A stretch of DNA of 64,000 nt from NCBI GenBank assembly GCA_002269645.1, contig NIVC01004006.1, forward strand, positions 1 to 64,000, written 5' to 3'. Positions 36,931-49,893 of this stretch are shown one piece after another. Positions within the stretch are counted from its first letter, which is position 1. Every line of letters begins with the position of its first letter. The notes beneath the pieces were generated by a model that saw nothing but the letters and a program-made list of their open reading frames with translations, was not told the origin of the DNA and made no database searches. The DNA comes from Macrostomum lignano (lineage: Eukaryota). The translations under genes were made by a program, and so were the position numbers.

Positions 36931-39900
36931 TAGACACTACTCTTGGTGGAGGCAGTCGGACATAACTCTAGGAGGACCTTAACATTCTTATTGATGCTAC
37001 ACACACATTGTTTTGTTTTATTTTTGCACATCTTTGGCTTAGTTTTAGTCTGTATGTTTTACCCATTGCATGCTAACCTTTTTACAATAGCTTCATTGCT
37101 TCATATTGTTACGCTTTTATACGCTTGTTCAGTACTCACAAAAGTACATCTACAGCCATTTTTGCATTGCATGTACATTTAACATGTACTGTTATCGCTG
37201 TGTTTTGCTTCTTAAACTTCCTAGAATTTCATACGACCGAATGAATGATGCCCCCCCCCTCAATCTTTGTTGTGCATTTTCAAATTTTATTATGTTTGCT
37301 TTTGGTAAAACTTTTTTATCCTTCCATATTGCCCGCGTACTAATGCTAGTGCATTGTTGCAAAAAAACAATATTGCCATTTTTGGCTTATGTCCTGTATG
37401 ATGCACCCACTGATCTTTAATTGAAAAGTTGGTCAATTTTATCTTGGTAAATTCTTGATTATCTCGTCCAGTAGTTTTGTGGTTTAGCAATGATGAGAGT
37501 TTTGAATAATCTCCGTTCCTGCCGGGATGGTGTGCACTGCAGCTTCTTACCATGGATATCCTTTTAGCAGAGAGCGGCATTCCTATTCCTACGAGTGTGA
37601 CTGAACCTGCAGCGGTACAATAGAACAGGCAGAAGGGTACTGATTTTTATTTTGACGCCGTGATCAACAATGAATATCACTCGATTACCATAGACAGCAG
37701 CTATATGTCTATAGTCTATGGTTTGACTGTCTGTGTGTGGTGTACAATTGTACAGTCTTTTCAGCTCGTACTTTTTTGTGACAAAATCAATATTATGATA
37801 ACTAAGTAACTCTTAATAATTACTTCGTATTTTGGCGATCAGAAACCAGATCAAAACTGAGAACATTGTTAGTGCCGACGCAAATCCGGTAGGTAGAAAT
37901 ATAACGGGATAAAAGCATTCTCTGACCCTTGATCAGACGCAGGTAGTGGTGGTCCAAATCCGGTTTAAATTCATCCAACAATTTAAAAGTTTTAGTAACC
38001 GTTGTACGAGTATCGCGTTTTCCTGACTGGTTTATTTATATCGATAAGAAAAGAAATAAATTTGCGAAGTTCCAATAAAAATAAGCGTGGCCAGAAAAAT
38101 GCATTAAGGTTGGGGGGACAAAGCCAAGAATTCTATATTTTTATGTGCATTACTAAATTCCTACACATGTACATTTTTGAGAATATGTTGATAGCACTCA
38201 CTTTCGGCCCCGCAGCTAGGTTATATATTTTGGCGCCCTGAAGCAAACTTATTGATTTCCACAACGGGTCACAAAGGTTGGGAGGGGGCGACAAAGCATT
38301 GTCATGCCCCCCTATAGCTTTTACTGGCCCCTCGTCCTGTCTCCCCTGGTGGAGACAGGGCGCGCGGCAATTTGTGAAGTATTGTACGTGTACATATAGT
38401 AGAGATATAGACATTTAGGCTCGTAAATTCCCTGTTTCTAACTACCTGTACATGTAAACCACAGTTGTAGTTACATCATGAACATGTATCTAGATCTAGT
38501 TACATGCATTATATAGTTTTAGGTCTACAGTAAATTTTAACGTTTTTTCATCTGCACAAAAGCGTGCTTAAAATATGATTTATATGTATTACCTACATGT
38601 AGCAATGGGCGCCGTACATGTAAGATGGAAGATTTGTGATATTTCTTATAGAAAAGATAACGCGTACTGAAGTTCAAATTGTCAGTGTAGACTGTCACAT
38701 GATGAGTTTTATTTCTAAGAAATCCAGCTAAGTGCAAAGACAGAGAGATGGGTCTGGCAGTGGTCTGTATAAAGAAAGACTCATTAAAGAACAATACTCG
38801 TAAGACAGACAAACTTTCACAAGATTGTCTCTTCTGCGCACACTGCATACTGTAGTAGACTAGTGGACCTGGATGAAAATTAGTAGCAGTTAGATTAGAT
38901 TGTCCCGCCATGGTGCAACTGCACCTACATGTAACTGTTTCGAAAGATCGCAATGGACAACAATCGGTTTTTCTAACAGATGGAGTTCGCCAAAAAACTC
39001 TTCAACCTGCTAGAAAAGGTACTCGTACGACCAATCGGATAATGCTTTAATTGATTCTATACGTTGTAAATAGGCTTAAAATAACCGATTTATTAAATTT
39101 TATGTAAATAAATATATCGGCACTTTGACGCCGTCACGCGATACCTTTAACGGGTGCCACGGGTTACTAGATGGAAACTGTGGCAACTAAAGTCTCGGCT
39201 AGTGGGAAACTCCAACTGCTGGGCATTCCAACTTTTTAGTCTCCCAATCATTCAGGTCATCACCTCGAGAGACGCCGTCGGCACTTTCAACAGGTGGCAC
39301 ACTGGGAGATTTTGGTCACCAAAAGAGAGTTTTCTTATTCAATGCCACGGAGAATCACAGCAGCCGAACAAAGTACCTTCTCTGGATTTATTCTATTCAA
39401 ACGCTATTCAATTTCTTTGTCACACGAGGCTTTGGAGTTTGTAAACGAATTTTTGATTCAAACTGAAAAACCGACTGCGCTAACTGTAAGTTTTTTGGCG
39501 CCAAGTTTTTTTGGTGCATCAATAAAAGGTTAGCAATATTACAATACGACCAAGCAGACACTATCGTATCTTCATATGATTGTCCGAATTCCAGAAAATC
39601 AAAAAATGGAGCGACCTATCTCAAGAAAAATAAGGCCATAAATGAAGTCAACCTTATGCAAAGCACGCACACTTTAAAAACATATCTCTCTTAGGAAGCA
39701 TTACTAGACTTAATTTTTCCTGGAAAAACAGCTGGAAACGTTTCCTGGAAAAGTTTACTTGAAAATAAAACTTTAGCTTCGGCCACCTGTCCACCTCCAT
39801 CGTGCATACTCGTAGAATGTACTTGAGCAATATGAAAATTTCTAAGAAATCTGCTTTCTGTGAGTTGATGCATATATAAACCCTCCGTTTCTCAATTCTG

Positions 39901-40811
39901 GAAAAAAAGATGCAGCAAATGCAAACTACGATCGTACGAGCGTACGTAGACAAGCCTGAAAGCTTCCATGCTTATACGTATGTACAAAGCTTGGCTGTGA
40001 GCACGCTCACTCACAAATGGCGTATTTACCCTTAACTATACAGCACAGTAGGCGTCATAGAGCTACTGTAGATCCAGGCCCTCGTCCGCTCGTATTGTAA
40101 GCAAGAACAATAGCTATTCTATACTGTAGCTACTCAACTCATACAGCCCTTGTAATTCGACTAGCTGAGCAATGTACAGCTTAGATGGGAGCCTATTTAC
40201 TAACGGTGAGTATCTTTGTGGCCATGGACTGGACAGTAAAAAGGAATGATGCATAGGCTGGAATTGAGATGGATTGAGATAGTACACTTAAACTTAAGCA
40301 ATTTGATGGGCGATAATTTTGCTTTCGTCTCTTTTATAAAGACCATTCTTTATCCGAAAACTTAATTATACCATTTCGGTCGATGTCGCAATAAAAAAAA
40401 CAATTTATATAATTAGCGACTACGCAATTGTTTACGCAATGCAACACAATTTTTCAACCGGATAATGATCACCTCCGTATAGTTTTGGCTACAGCTACTT
40501 GTAGAAATGACACAATACTGATACATATCTTTGTTACCAATGGGTTGCACAACAGTTCTTTAACATTCGCTAAGATTTTAAAGAACACTAGCAATCTACG
40601 CCCCCCCGTTGGGGAGCCAAAGAAATGCAATACACGTTTTTTTAATAAGCTACATGTATCCTTGAAATCTTAAAAAAATCTCCTGTCAAACCTTGTAAGC
40701 CTTGACATGTCAGTAATTCCCCCCCACAAGCTTTAACATATCAACTTCCCCCCTTGACATCTCAGCAATGCCCCCAATAAGCCTTGGAAATCTAAAAATA
40801 TCTGTCAACCT

Positions 40812-40905
40812 TCTAACCCTAACCCTAGCCTAACCCTAACCCTAAACCTAACCCTAACCCTAACCATAACCCTAACCTAACCCTAACCCTAACCCTAACC
40901 CTAAA
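40812..40905. repeat. Interstitial telomere-like (CCCTAA)n
   Basis: About 14 imperfect CCCTAA units. A degenerate second copy lies at ~41280-41325. Confidence 0.9.
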
Positions 40906-41744
40906 GCATTGAAATTTCAGTAATTCTCTCTAAGAGTCATTATAGCACTACTACAGCATTATAGCGATTCCCTGCAAGCCTCGACATCGTAGGGATTCCC
41001 AAATGAATCTCTTAACTTCGACATGAAGCTTCTTTTATTTTTTACATTACGCTTTTTTTATCAGTGATCCCTCCTCTGACGAGGCATCAAATAATGTAAT
41101 AAAAAGTTTTCAATAAACTACATGTAGCTTCTGACTTTAGCCTTGAAATCTCATTTATACCCCCGTGAGCCTTGACATCTCAGCTATTCCCCCCGTAAGC
41201 CTTAACATGTCAGCGATGGCCCCCAAAAAACCTTGAAATCTAAAAAACCCCCTGTTAAACTTGAAACCCGATAAAATATAACCCTCAACCCACACCTGAC
41301 CTAAACCTAACTTTAACCCAACCTAAAGCCTTGAAATCTCAGCAATTCTTCTCCCCTAAGCCTTGACATTTTAGTGATTCCTTCTTTAAGAATCACAGCA
41401 CTATAACGATTTCCACCAAGCTTTGACATTGTAAGCAATTCCCAAATGAATCTTTTAACTTCGACATGACTTTTCTTTTATGTATACATAGTGCCACTTT
41501 TATTTTTTACATGACTCTTCGTCTATCAGCGCCTCCCCCCGTGGCGAGCCAACAAAGAATGCAATAAAAAAATTGAGTAAAGTACATGAACTTTGAAGTA
41601 GCTTCTGGCTTTTGCTTTGACATCTCAGAAACCCCCCCCCCGTAATCTCAGTTATTCTCTGAGAGCCTTGACATCTCAGTTTTTCTCCCCAGCACAGCAT
41701 TATAGCTGCATTTAATTTTTACATGACACCCTTCATGTCTGACA

Positions 41745-42612
41745 TGACGCTTCTTTTATTCTACCATGATGCTTCCTTATTTTTTAAATGACGCTTCTAT
41801 AATTTTTTACATGACGCTTCTATGATTTTTACATGACGCTTCTATGATTTTTACATGACGCTTTAATGATTTTTTCATGACGCTTCTATGATTGTTTACA
41901 TGACGCTTCTATGATTTTTTACTTGACGCTTCTATGTTTTTTTACATTACGCTTCTATGATTTTTTTCATGACGCTTCCATGATTTTTACATGACGCTTC
42001 TATGCTTTTTACATGACGCTTCTATGATTGTTTACATGTCGCTTCTATGATGGTTTACATGACGCTTCTATGATATTTTACATGACGCTTTAATGATTTT
42101 TTCATGACGCTTCTATGATTTTTTACATGACGCTTTTATGATTTTTTACTTGACGCTTCTATGATTTTTTACATTACGCTTCTATGATTTTTTCATGACG
42201 CTTCCATGATTTTTACATGACGTTTCTATGATTTTTACATGACGCTTCAATGATTTTTACATGACGCTTCAATGATTGTTTACATGACGCTTCTATGATT
42301 TTTTACATGACGCTTTAATGATTGTTTACATGACGCTTCTATGATTTTTTCATGACGCTTCTACGATTTTTTACATGACGCTTCTATGATTGTTTACATG
42401 ACGCTTCTATGATTGTTTAGATGACGCTTCTATGATTGTTTACATGACGCTTCTATGATTTTTTACATGACGCTTTAATGATTGTTTACATGACGCTTCT
42501 ATGATTGTTTACATGACGCTTCTATGATTGTTTAGATGACGCTTCTATGATTATTTACATGACGCTTCTATGATTTTTTGCATGACTATTCTATGATTTT
42601 TTACATGACGCC
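41745..42612. repeat. 22-23 bp satellite inside element A
   Basis: Unit ACATGACGCTTCTATGATTGTTT, ~38 copies. Confidence 0.96.
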
Positions 42613-43364
42613 TTTAGTCCTTTAATTTATTAATTTTTTAATAAAAGCTTTTAATAAAAACATTTACTACTAAGATTCGAACCCAGGTCGCTGCATTAGC
42701 AGTCCAGTCTGTTAACTTCTAGGCTAGATCTTATCGAATTTATAAGTGAAATTGTAGCACTTATATAATTCAACACTCACTCACGAAGCAGTTATGACAT
42801 AATTAATTTCCCAGGCAAGTCAGTATCAGTCTCAATTAAAGTTGACAATATGGTTACGCAATCTAAATGCTACGCTTCCACACTGCATTTTCAATACTGT
42901 GACGCAATTCAAGTTGGAGTTACAATTCAGTTATGATGCAATCTATTTCAGAATCAGAATCAACCAGTCATTTTTTTCTCTAGCATTCTTACAATGCATT
43001 TCAAGTTGAAAATTTTGCTTGACCTTTGCAAAAAAGCATGTTTTTCGAATATTTAATGCCTTTAGCATCGAGCAATTTCTTAGCCACGATGCATGTACCG
43101 TCACGGGAAAATTTCTGATCGAACAGTGCAAGTCTCATGAAAATCGGTTAAGCTATTTTTTCTCTAATCGATCACATAGATAGATAGAGACAGACCATTT
43201 TTAGTATATAGGACTAGCAATCTTCGCCCCCCGATGGGGGACATCTGGATAGAATCTCTGTTCTCTACAAGTAACAAAAAGACAGCCAAAAAATCCTTCA
43301 CAAAGACAACAGACAAACTGCTCAAATGAAGTGAATTGCAATAAGAAATCTTCCCAAGACAACA

Positions 43365-43880
43365 AGCATCCCCCAGATAGCAAGCATTCCCCAGATAGCA
43401 AGCATCCCTCAAATAGCAAGCATCCCCCAGATAGCAAGCATCCCCCAGATAGCAAGCATCCCCCAGATAGCAAACATCCCCAGATAGCAAACATCCCCCA
43501 GATAGCAAGCATCCCCCAGATAGCAAGCATTCCCCAGATAGCAAACATTCCCCAGATAGCAAGCATTCCCCAGATAGCAAGCATCCCTCAGATAGCAAGC
43601 ATACCCCAAATAGCAAGCATCCCTCAGATAGCAAGCATCCCTCAGATAGCAAGCATCCCCAGATAGCAAGCATCACTCAGATAGCAAGCATCCACCAGAT
43701 AGCAAGCATCCACCAGATAGCAAGCATCCACCAGATAGCAAGCATCCCTCAGATAGCAAGCATCCCCCAAATTGCAAGCATCGCCCAGATAGCAAGCATC
43801 CCCAGAAAGCAAGCATCCTCCAAATAGCAAGCATCCCCCAGATAGATAGCATCCCCAAATAGCAACCATCCACCAGACAA
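43365..43880. repeat. 17-18 bp minisatellite
   Basis: Unit CCCCAGATAGCAAGCATC, ~29 copies. Confidence 0.96.
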
Positions 43881-43974
43881 TAAGTAGCTAGAGCGACAAT
43901 TTCCTTAGCTTTATAGTGGCTCCTTTAAATTGGCATGGCGCTTTATACCTTTACATTTGAAATTGTATATCTTG

Positions 43975-46900
43975 AATGTTTGACATGGTGGCTCTTTTAT
44001 GTTTGACATAGTGGCTCTTCTATGTTTGACATGGTGGCTCTTTTATGTTTGACATGGTGGCTCTTTTATGTTTGACATGGTGGCTCTTTTATGTTTGACA
44101 TGGTGGCTCTTTTATGTTTGACATGGTGGCTCTTTTATGTTTGACATGGTGGCTCTTCTATGTTTGACATGGTGGCTTTTTTAGGTTTGACATGGTGGCT
44201 CTTTTATGTTTGACATGTTGGCTTTTTAATGTTCGACATGGTGGCTCTTTAATGTTCGACATGGTGGCTTTTTAATGTTCGACATGGTGGCTCTTTTAGG
44301 TTTGAAATGGTGGCTCCTTAATTTTCGAAATGGTGGCTCTTTTATGTTCGACATGGTGTCTCTTTAATGTTCGACATGGTGGCTCTTTAATGTTCTTAAT
44401 GGTGTCTGTTTTATGTTTGACATGGTGGCTCTTTATTGTTCGACATGGTGGCTCTTTAATTTTTAGCATGGTAACTCTTTTATGTTTGATATCGTGGCTC
44501 TTTTATGTTCGACATGGTGGCTCTTTAGAGTTCGACATGGTGGCTCTTTAATGTTTGACATGGTGGCTCTTTAATTTTTGAAATGGTGGCTGTTTTATGT
44601 TTGACATGGTGGCTCTTTAATGTTCGACATGGTGGCTCTTTAATGTTTGACATGGTGGCTCTTTAATTTTTGAAATGGTGGCTGTTTTATGTTTGACATG
44701 GTGGCTCTTTAATGTTCGACATGGTGGCTCTTTAATTTTTAACATGGTGACTCTTTTATGTTCGATATGGTGGCTCTTTTATGTTTGACATAGTGGCTCC
44801 TTTAGGTTTGAAATGGTGGCTCTTTAATGTTTAACATTGTGGCTCTTTAATGTTTGACATGGTGGCTTTTTAATGTTCGACATGGTGGCTCTTATAGGTT
44901 TGAAACGGTGGCTCTTTAATGTTTGACATGGTGGCTTTTTTATGTTTGACATGGTGGCTCTTGTATGTTCGACATGGTGGCTCTTTTAATGGTCGACATG
45001 GTGGCTCTTTAATGTTCTTCATGTTGGCTCTTTTATGTTTGACATGCTGGCTTTTTTATGTTTGACATGGTGGCTCTTTTATGTTCGACATGGTGGCTCT
45101 TTTATGTTCTACATGGCTGCTCTTTTATGTTCGACATGGTGGCTCTTGTATGTTCGACATGGTCGCTCTTTTAGGTTTGAAATGGTGGCTCTTTAATATT
45201 TGACAAGGTGGCTCTTTAATGTTCGACATGGTGGCTCTTTAAATTTCGAAATGGTGGCTCCTTAATTTTCAAAATGGTGGCTGTTTTATGTTTGACATGG
45301 TGGCTCTTTAATGTTCGACATGGTGGCTCTTTAATGTTCTTAATGGTGTCTGTTTTATGTTTGACATGGTGGCTCTTTATTGTTCGACATGGTGGCTCTT
45401 TAATTTTTAACATGGTAACTCTTTTATGTTCGATATGGTGGCTCTTTTATGTTCGAAATGGTGGCTCTTTAATGTTCGACATGGTGGCTCCTTTAGGTTT
45501 GAAATGGTGGCTCTTTAATGTTTGACATTGTGGCTCTTTAATATTTGACAAGGTGGCTCTTTAATGTTCGACATGGTGGCTCCTTAATTTTCGAAATGGT
45601 GGCTGTTTTATGTTTGACATGGTGGCTCTTTAATGTTCGACATGGTGGCTCTTTTATGTTCGACATGGTGGCTCTTTTATGTTCTACATGGCTGCTCTTT
45701 TATGTTCGACATGGTGGCTCTTGTATGTTCGACATGGTGGCTCCTTTAGGTTTGAAATGGTGGCTCTTTAATGTTTGACATTGTGGCTCTTTAATATTTG
45801 ACAAGGTGGCTCTTTAATGTTCGACATGGTGGCTCCTTAATTTTCGAAATGGTGGCTCTTTAATGTTCTTAATGGTGTCTGTTTTATGTTCGACATGGTG
45901 GCTCTTTAATTTTTAACATAGTAACTCTTTTACATGTATGTTTGATATGGTGGCTCTTTAATGTTCGACATGGTGGCTCTTTAATGTTTGACATGGTGGC
46001 TTTTTAATGTTCGACATGGTGGCTCTTTTAGGTTTGAAACGGTGGCTCTTTAATGTTTGACATGGTGACTCTTTAATGTTTGACATGGTGGCTCTTGTAT
46101 GTTCGACATGGTGGCTCCTTTAGGTTTGAAATAGTGGCTCTTTAATGTTTGACATTGTGGCTTTTTTATGTTTGACATGGTGGCTTCTTAATGTTTGACA
46201 TGGTGGCTCTTTTAGGTTTGAAATGGTGGCTCTTTAATATTTGACAAGGTGGCTCTTTAATGTTCGACATGGTGGCTCTTTAATGTTTGACTTGGTGGCT
46301 CTTTTAGATTTGAAATGGTGGGTCTTTAATGCTTGACAATGTGGCTCTTTAATGTTTGACATGGCTGCTCTTTAATGTTCGATATGGTGGCTCTTTAATG
46401 TTTGACATGGTAACTCTTTTATGTTTGATATGGTGGCTCTTTTATGTTCAACATGGTGGCTCTTTAATGTTTGACATGGTGGCTTTTGAATGTTCGACAT
46501 GGTGGCTCTTTAATGTTTGACATGGTGGCTCTTTTAGGTTTGAAATGGTGGCTCTTTAATGTTCTACATGGTAACTCTTTTATGTTTGATACGGTGGCTT
46601 TTTAATGTCTGACATGTTGTCTCTTTTATGTTTGACATGGTGGCTCTTTAATGTTTGACATGGTAACTCTTTTATGTTTGATATGGTGGCTCTTTTATGT
46701 TCGACATGGTGGCTCTTTAATGTTCGACATGGTGGCTCCTTTAGGTTTGAAATGGTGGCTCTTTAATGTTTGACATTGTGGCTCTTTTATGTTCGACATG
46801 GTGGCTCTTTTAGGTTTGACATGGTGGCTCTTAAATGTTCGACATGGTGGCTCTTTAATGTTTCACATGGTGGCTCTTTAATATTTGACATAAAGTCACA

Positions 46901-47385
46901 TATATGTTTGACATGGTGGCTCCTAAATGTTTGACATGGTGGCTCTTTATGTTTGACATGGTGGCTCTTTTATGTTCGACATGGTGGATCTTTTTTGTTC
47001 TACATGGTAACTCTTTTATGTTTGATACGGTGGCTTTTTAATGTCTGACATGTTGGCTCTTTTATGTTTGACATGGTGGCTCTTTATTGTTCGACAAAGT
47101 GGCTCTTTTGTGTTTGACATGGTGGCTCTTAATTGTTTGACATAGTGGCTCTTTAATGTTCAAAATGGTGGCTCTTTAATGTTCGAAATGGTGGCTGTTT
47201 TATGTTTGACATGGTGGCTCTTTTATGTTTGACATGGTGGCTCTTAAATGTTTGACATGGTGGCTCTTTAATGTTCGACATGGTAGCTCTTTAATGTTCG
47301 ACATGGTAGCTCTTTTATGTTGGACATGGTAACTCTTTTATGTTCGATATGTTGGCTCTTCTATGTTTGACATTGCGCTTCTTTG
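43975..47385. repeat. 23-bp satellite (~145 copies) inside element B
   Basis: Unit ACATGGTGGCTCTTTTATGTTTG. Confidence 0.98.
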
Positions 47386-48698
47386 ATGTTTAGCAGTTTT
47401 GTTGTGTTTTTAAGGTGTTTTAATAAAAAAATCTTTTTGCACTACTAAGATTCGAACCCAGGTCGCTACATTAGCATTCCAGTCTGTTCGCATCAGGGCT
47501 ATCTCTTTTCAATTGGAGGACATGAATTGTGGCCCTTATAATTCAATTCTTACAGCAAGTCAATTGGAGTAAAAAGTTATGACATAATCAATTTCTCAGT
47601 CAGCCAGTATCAGTCTCAATTTAAGTTAGCAATATGGTTACGCAATTTAAATCAAGTCGTGTGTGCATTTCTTCGGTACTGTTTTCAACTTGTTGTGATG
47701 CAATCTTTATCACAATCAGAATTCAGCCAGTCAGTTTTTTCTCTAGCATTCTTACAATGCATTTCAGGTCGAAAGAGCTGCTTGACCTTTGCAAAAAAGC
47801 ATGTTTTTCGAATATTTAATCCCTTTAACATTGAGCAATTTCTTAGCCAAGATGCATGTACCGTCCCAGGAAAATTTCTGATCGAATGGTGCAAGTTTGA
47901 AGAAAATCGGTTGAGCCGTTTTTTCTGAAATCAATCGCATACCCATATACATACATACATACATACATACAGACAACTCATTTTTAGGATATAGGAAGTA
48001 GTATGAAGACGCACACGTCTTTTTGCCACCAGTGAACGGGCTTCTTTTTAGACGTGGGTCTTCACTACTTGATAAACCTAGTTTTGTACCGATGAAAAAG
48101 AACTTTGAGAAGCTCAAGAAAAATTCTTTGTCTGTTCTGTTTCTCTCCTCTCTAATCTCTCTCTAGTCTCCCCCCTCTTCTCTCGCTTCTCTCTCGTCTT
48201 ATTTCTTATCTCCTCTTTTCTCCCTCCATTCTCTTTCATTTTTTCTCTCTGTCTCATCTGACCCGCAGCCATGAGCTGGAATCTTCTATAATAGGCCATC
48301 GAAGGCCTCGATATAAAAAAATTGTCTAAAGTCTCCAGAGCGTAGCATGGATATACCACCCCATTAAGCTGGTTCTGGTTGTTTCGGCTCTTAGCATCAG
48401 CTTAAGAGCCTTAAGTGCTTGGAAAGTCAGGCCAGTTTTGAGGGACATAAAACTCGTACTCTCAAACAGATAGTACACTATTATGGACAAACATACAAAC
48501 AAATATCTGGGGAGGATTGTACACGTAAAGACTTGGAGCTTGCCCCCGCCAAACTTTGTACTGGGCTTGCAATTCAAATGTGCAGTTAAAGAGCTAAATA
48601 TAATACGAAATTCTAATCACGTGACGCCCGTTTATCGATCTAATTTTCCTTGGTCTGTGCGCGAAGCAAATGAAGCTCTATTACACGCCCTCCCAACC

Positions 48699-49893
48699 GG
48701 GTCCACCCCAACTGCCAGCCGGAAAACTGCCAGCCGACAATTGCCAGCCGACAACTGCCAGCCGACAACTGCCAGCCGACAATTGCCAGCCGACAACTGC
48801 CGGCCGACAACTGCCAGCCGACAATTGCCAGCCGACAACTGCCAGCCGACAACTGCCAGCCGACAATTGCCAGCCGAGAAAACTGCCAGCCGGAAAACTG
48901 CCAGCCGACAACTGCCAGTCGACAATTGCCAGTCGACAATTGCCAGCCGAGAAAACTGCGAGCCGGAAAACTGCCAGCCGACAACTGCAAGCCGAGAAAT
49001 CTGCCAGCCGACAACTGCCAGCCGACAAGTTCTAGCTAATTGAATCTACTGTAGCCTACTTATTAGCTAAGTAAAAAGCACGAAACTGTTTGGCTAGCAA
49101 AAGGCTTGTGGGGTAGCCTTAAATGTCGCCCTTCCCTACCCTAATTTTTTCAGATTTCCATTAGAAGTATATATGTGAAGGAGAAAGCATTCAAATTTCG
49201 TATTTTAGGTAGCCTTTGCTCTTTCTTTGAAAGCTTTATTTAAGTAAAGTAATTTAATAGACTTATCTAGGATTGCGTCATATAGCAATCGCAATCGCAA
49301 ATTAAATAATAAAGTAAATAAACTTTCAATACAGAAATATTTACAATAGGCATTACAGAATGCTTTCTCCTTCACATATACTTCTAATGGAAATCTTAAA
49401 AAATTAGGGTAGGGAAGGGCGACATTTAAGGCTACCCCACAAGCCTTTTGCTAGCCAAACAGTTTCGTGCTTTTTACTTAGCTAATAAGTAGGCTACAGT
49501 AGATTCAATTAGCTAGAACTTGTCGGCTGGCAGTTTTCCGGCTGGCAGTTTTCTCGGCTGGCAATTGTCGACTGGCAGTTGTCGACTGGCAGTTGTCGGC
49601 TGGCAGTTGTCGGCTGGCAATTGTCGGCTGGCAGTTTTCCGGCTGGCAGTTTTCTCGGCTGGCAATTATCGGCTGGCAGTTGTCGGCTGGCAGTTGTCGG
49701 CTGGCAGTTGTCGGCTGGCAATTGTCGGCTGGCAGTTTTCCGGCTGGCAGTTTTCTCGGCTGGCAATTATCGGCTGGCAGTTGTCGGCTGGCAGTTGTCG
49801 ACTGGCAGTTGTCGACTGGCAATTGTCGGCTGGCAGTTTTCCGGCTGGCAGTTGTCGGCTGGCAGTTTTCCGGCTGGCAGTTGGGGTGCTCCC
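48699..49893. mobile_element. Foldback-type (MULE/FB-like) non-autonomous element with ~500-bp TIRs and a 9-bp TSD
   Basis: Arms 48699-49192 and 49358-49893 are reverse complements and contain 14-bp subrepeats (GCCAGCCGACAACT). The TSD CTCCCAACC lies at 48690-48698 and 49894-49902. Confidence 0.92.

Larger units (their letters stand above)
40587..43212 (+). mobile_element. Non-autonomous Helitron/Helentron-like element A carrying telomere-like and 23-bp repeats
   Basis: It starts ACTAGCAATCTACGCCCCCCCGTTGGGG. The 3' ~570 bp (AAAATCGGTT..., (GATA)n, TTTTTAGTATATAGG) is homologous to 47410-48001. The architecture resembles DINE-1/Lep1-type elements. Confidence 0.55.
43213..48001 (+). mobile_element. 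Non-autonomous Helitron/Helentron-like element B, head-to-tail with element A
   Basis: It starts ACTAGCAATCTTCGCCCCCCGATGGGGG immediately after the end of A. It ends with the same conserved 3' block, (CATA)n and TTTTTAGGATATAGGAAGTAG. Confidence 0.55.

Noticed and set aside
38990-39990. Possible TIR element bounded by CTCGTACGA inverted motifs
   Set aside because: Only a ~9-bp match with no TSD; insufficient evidence.
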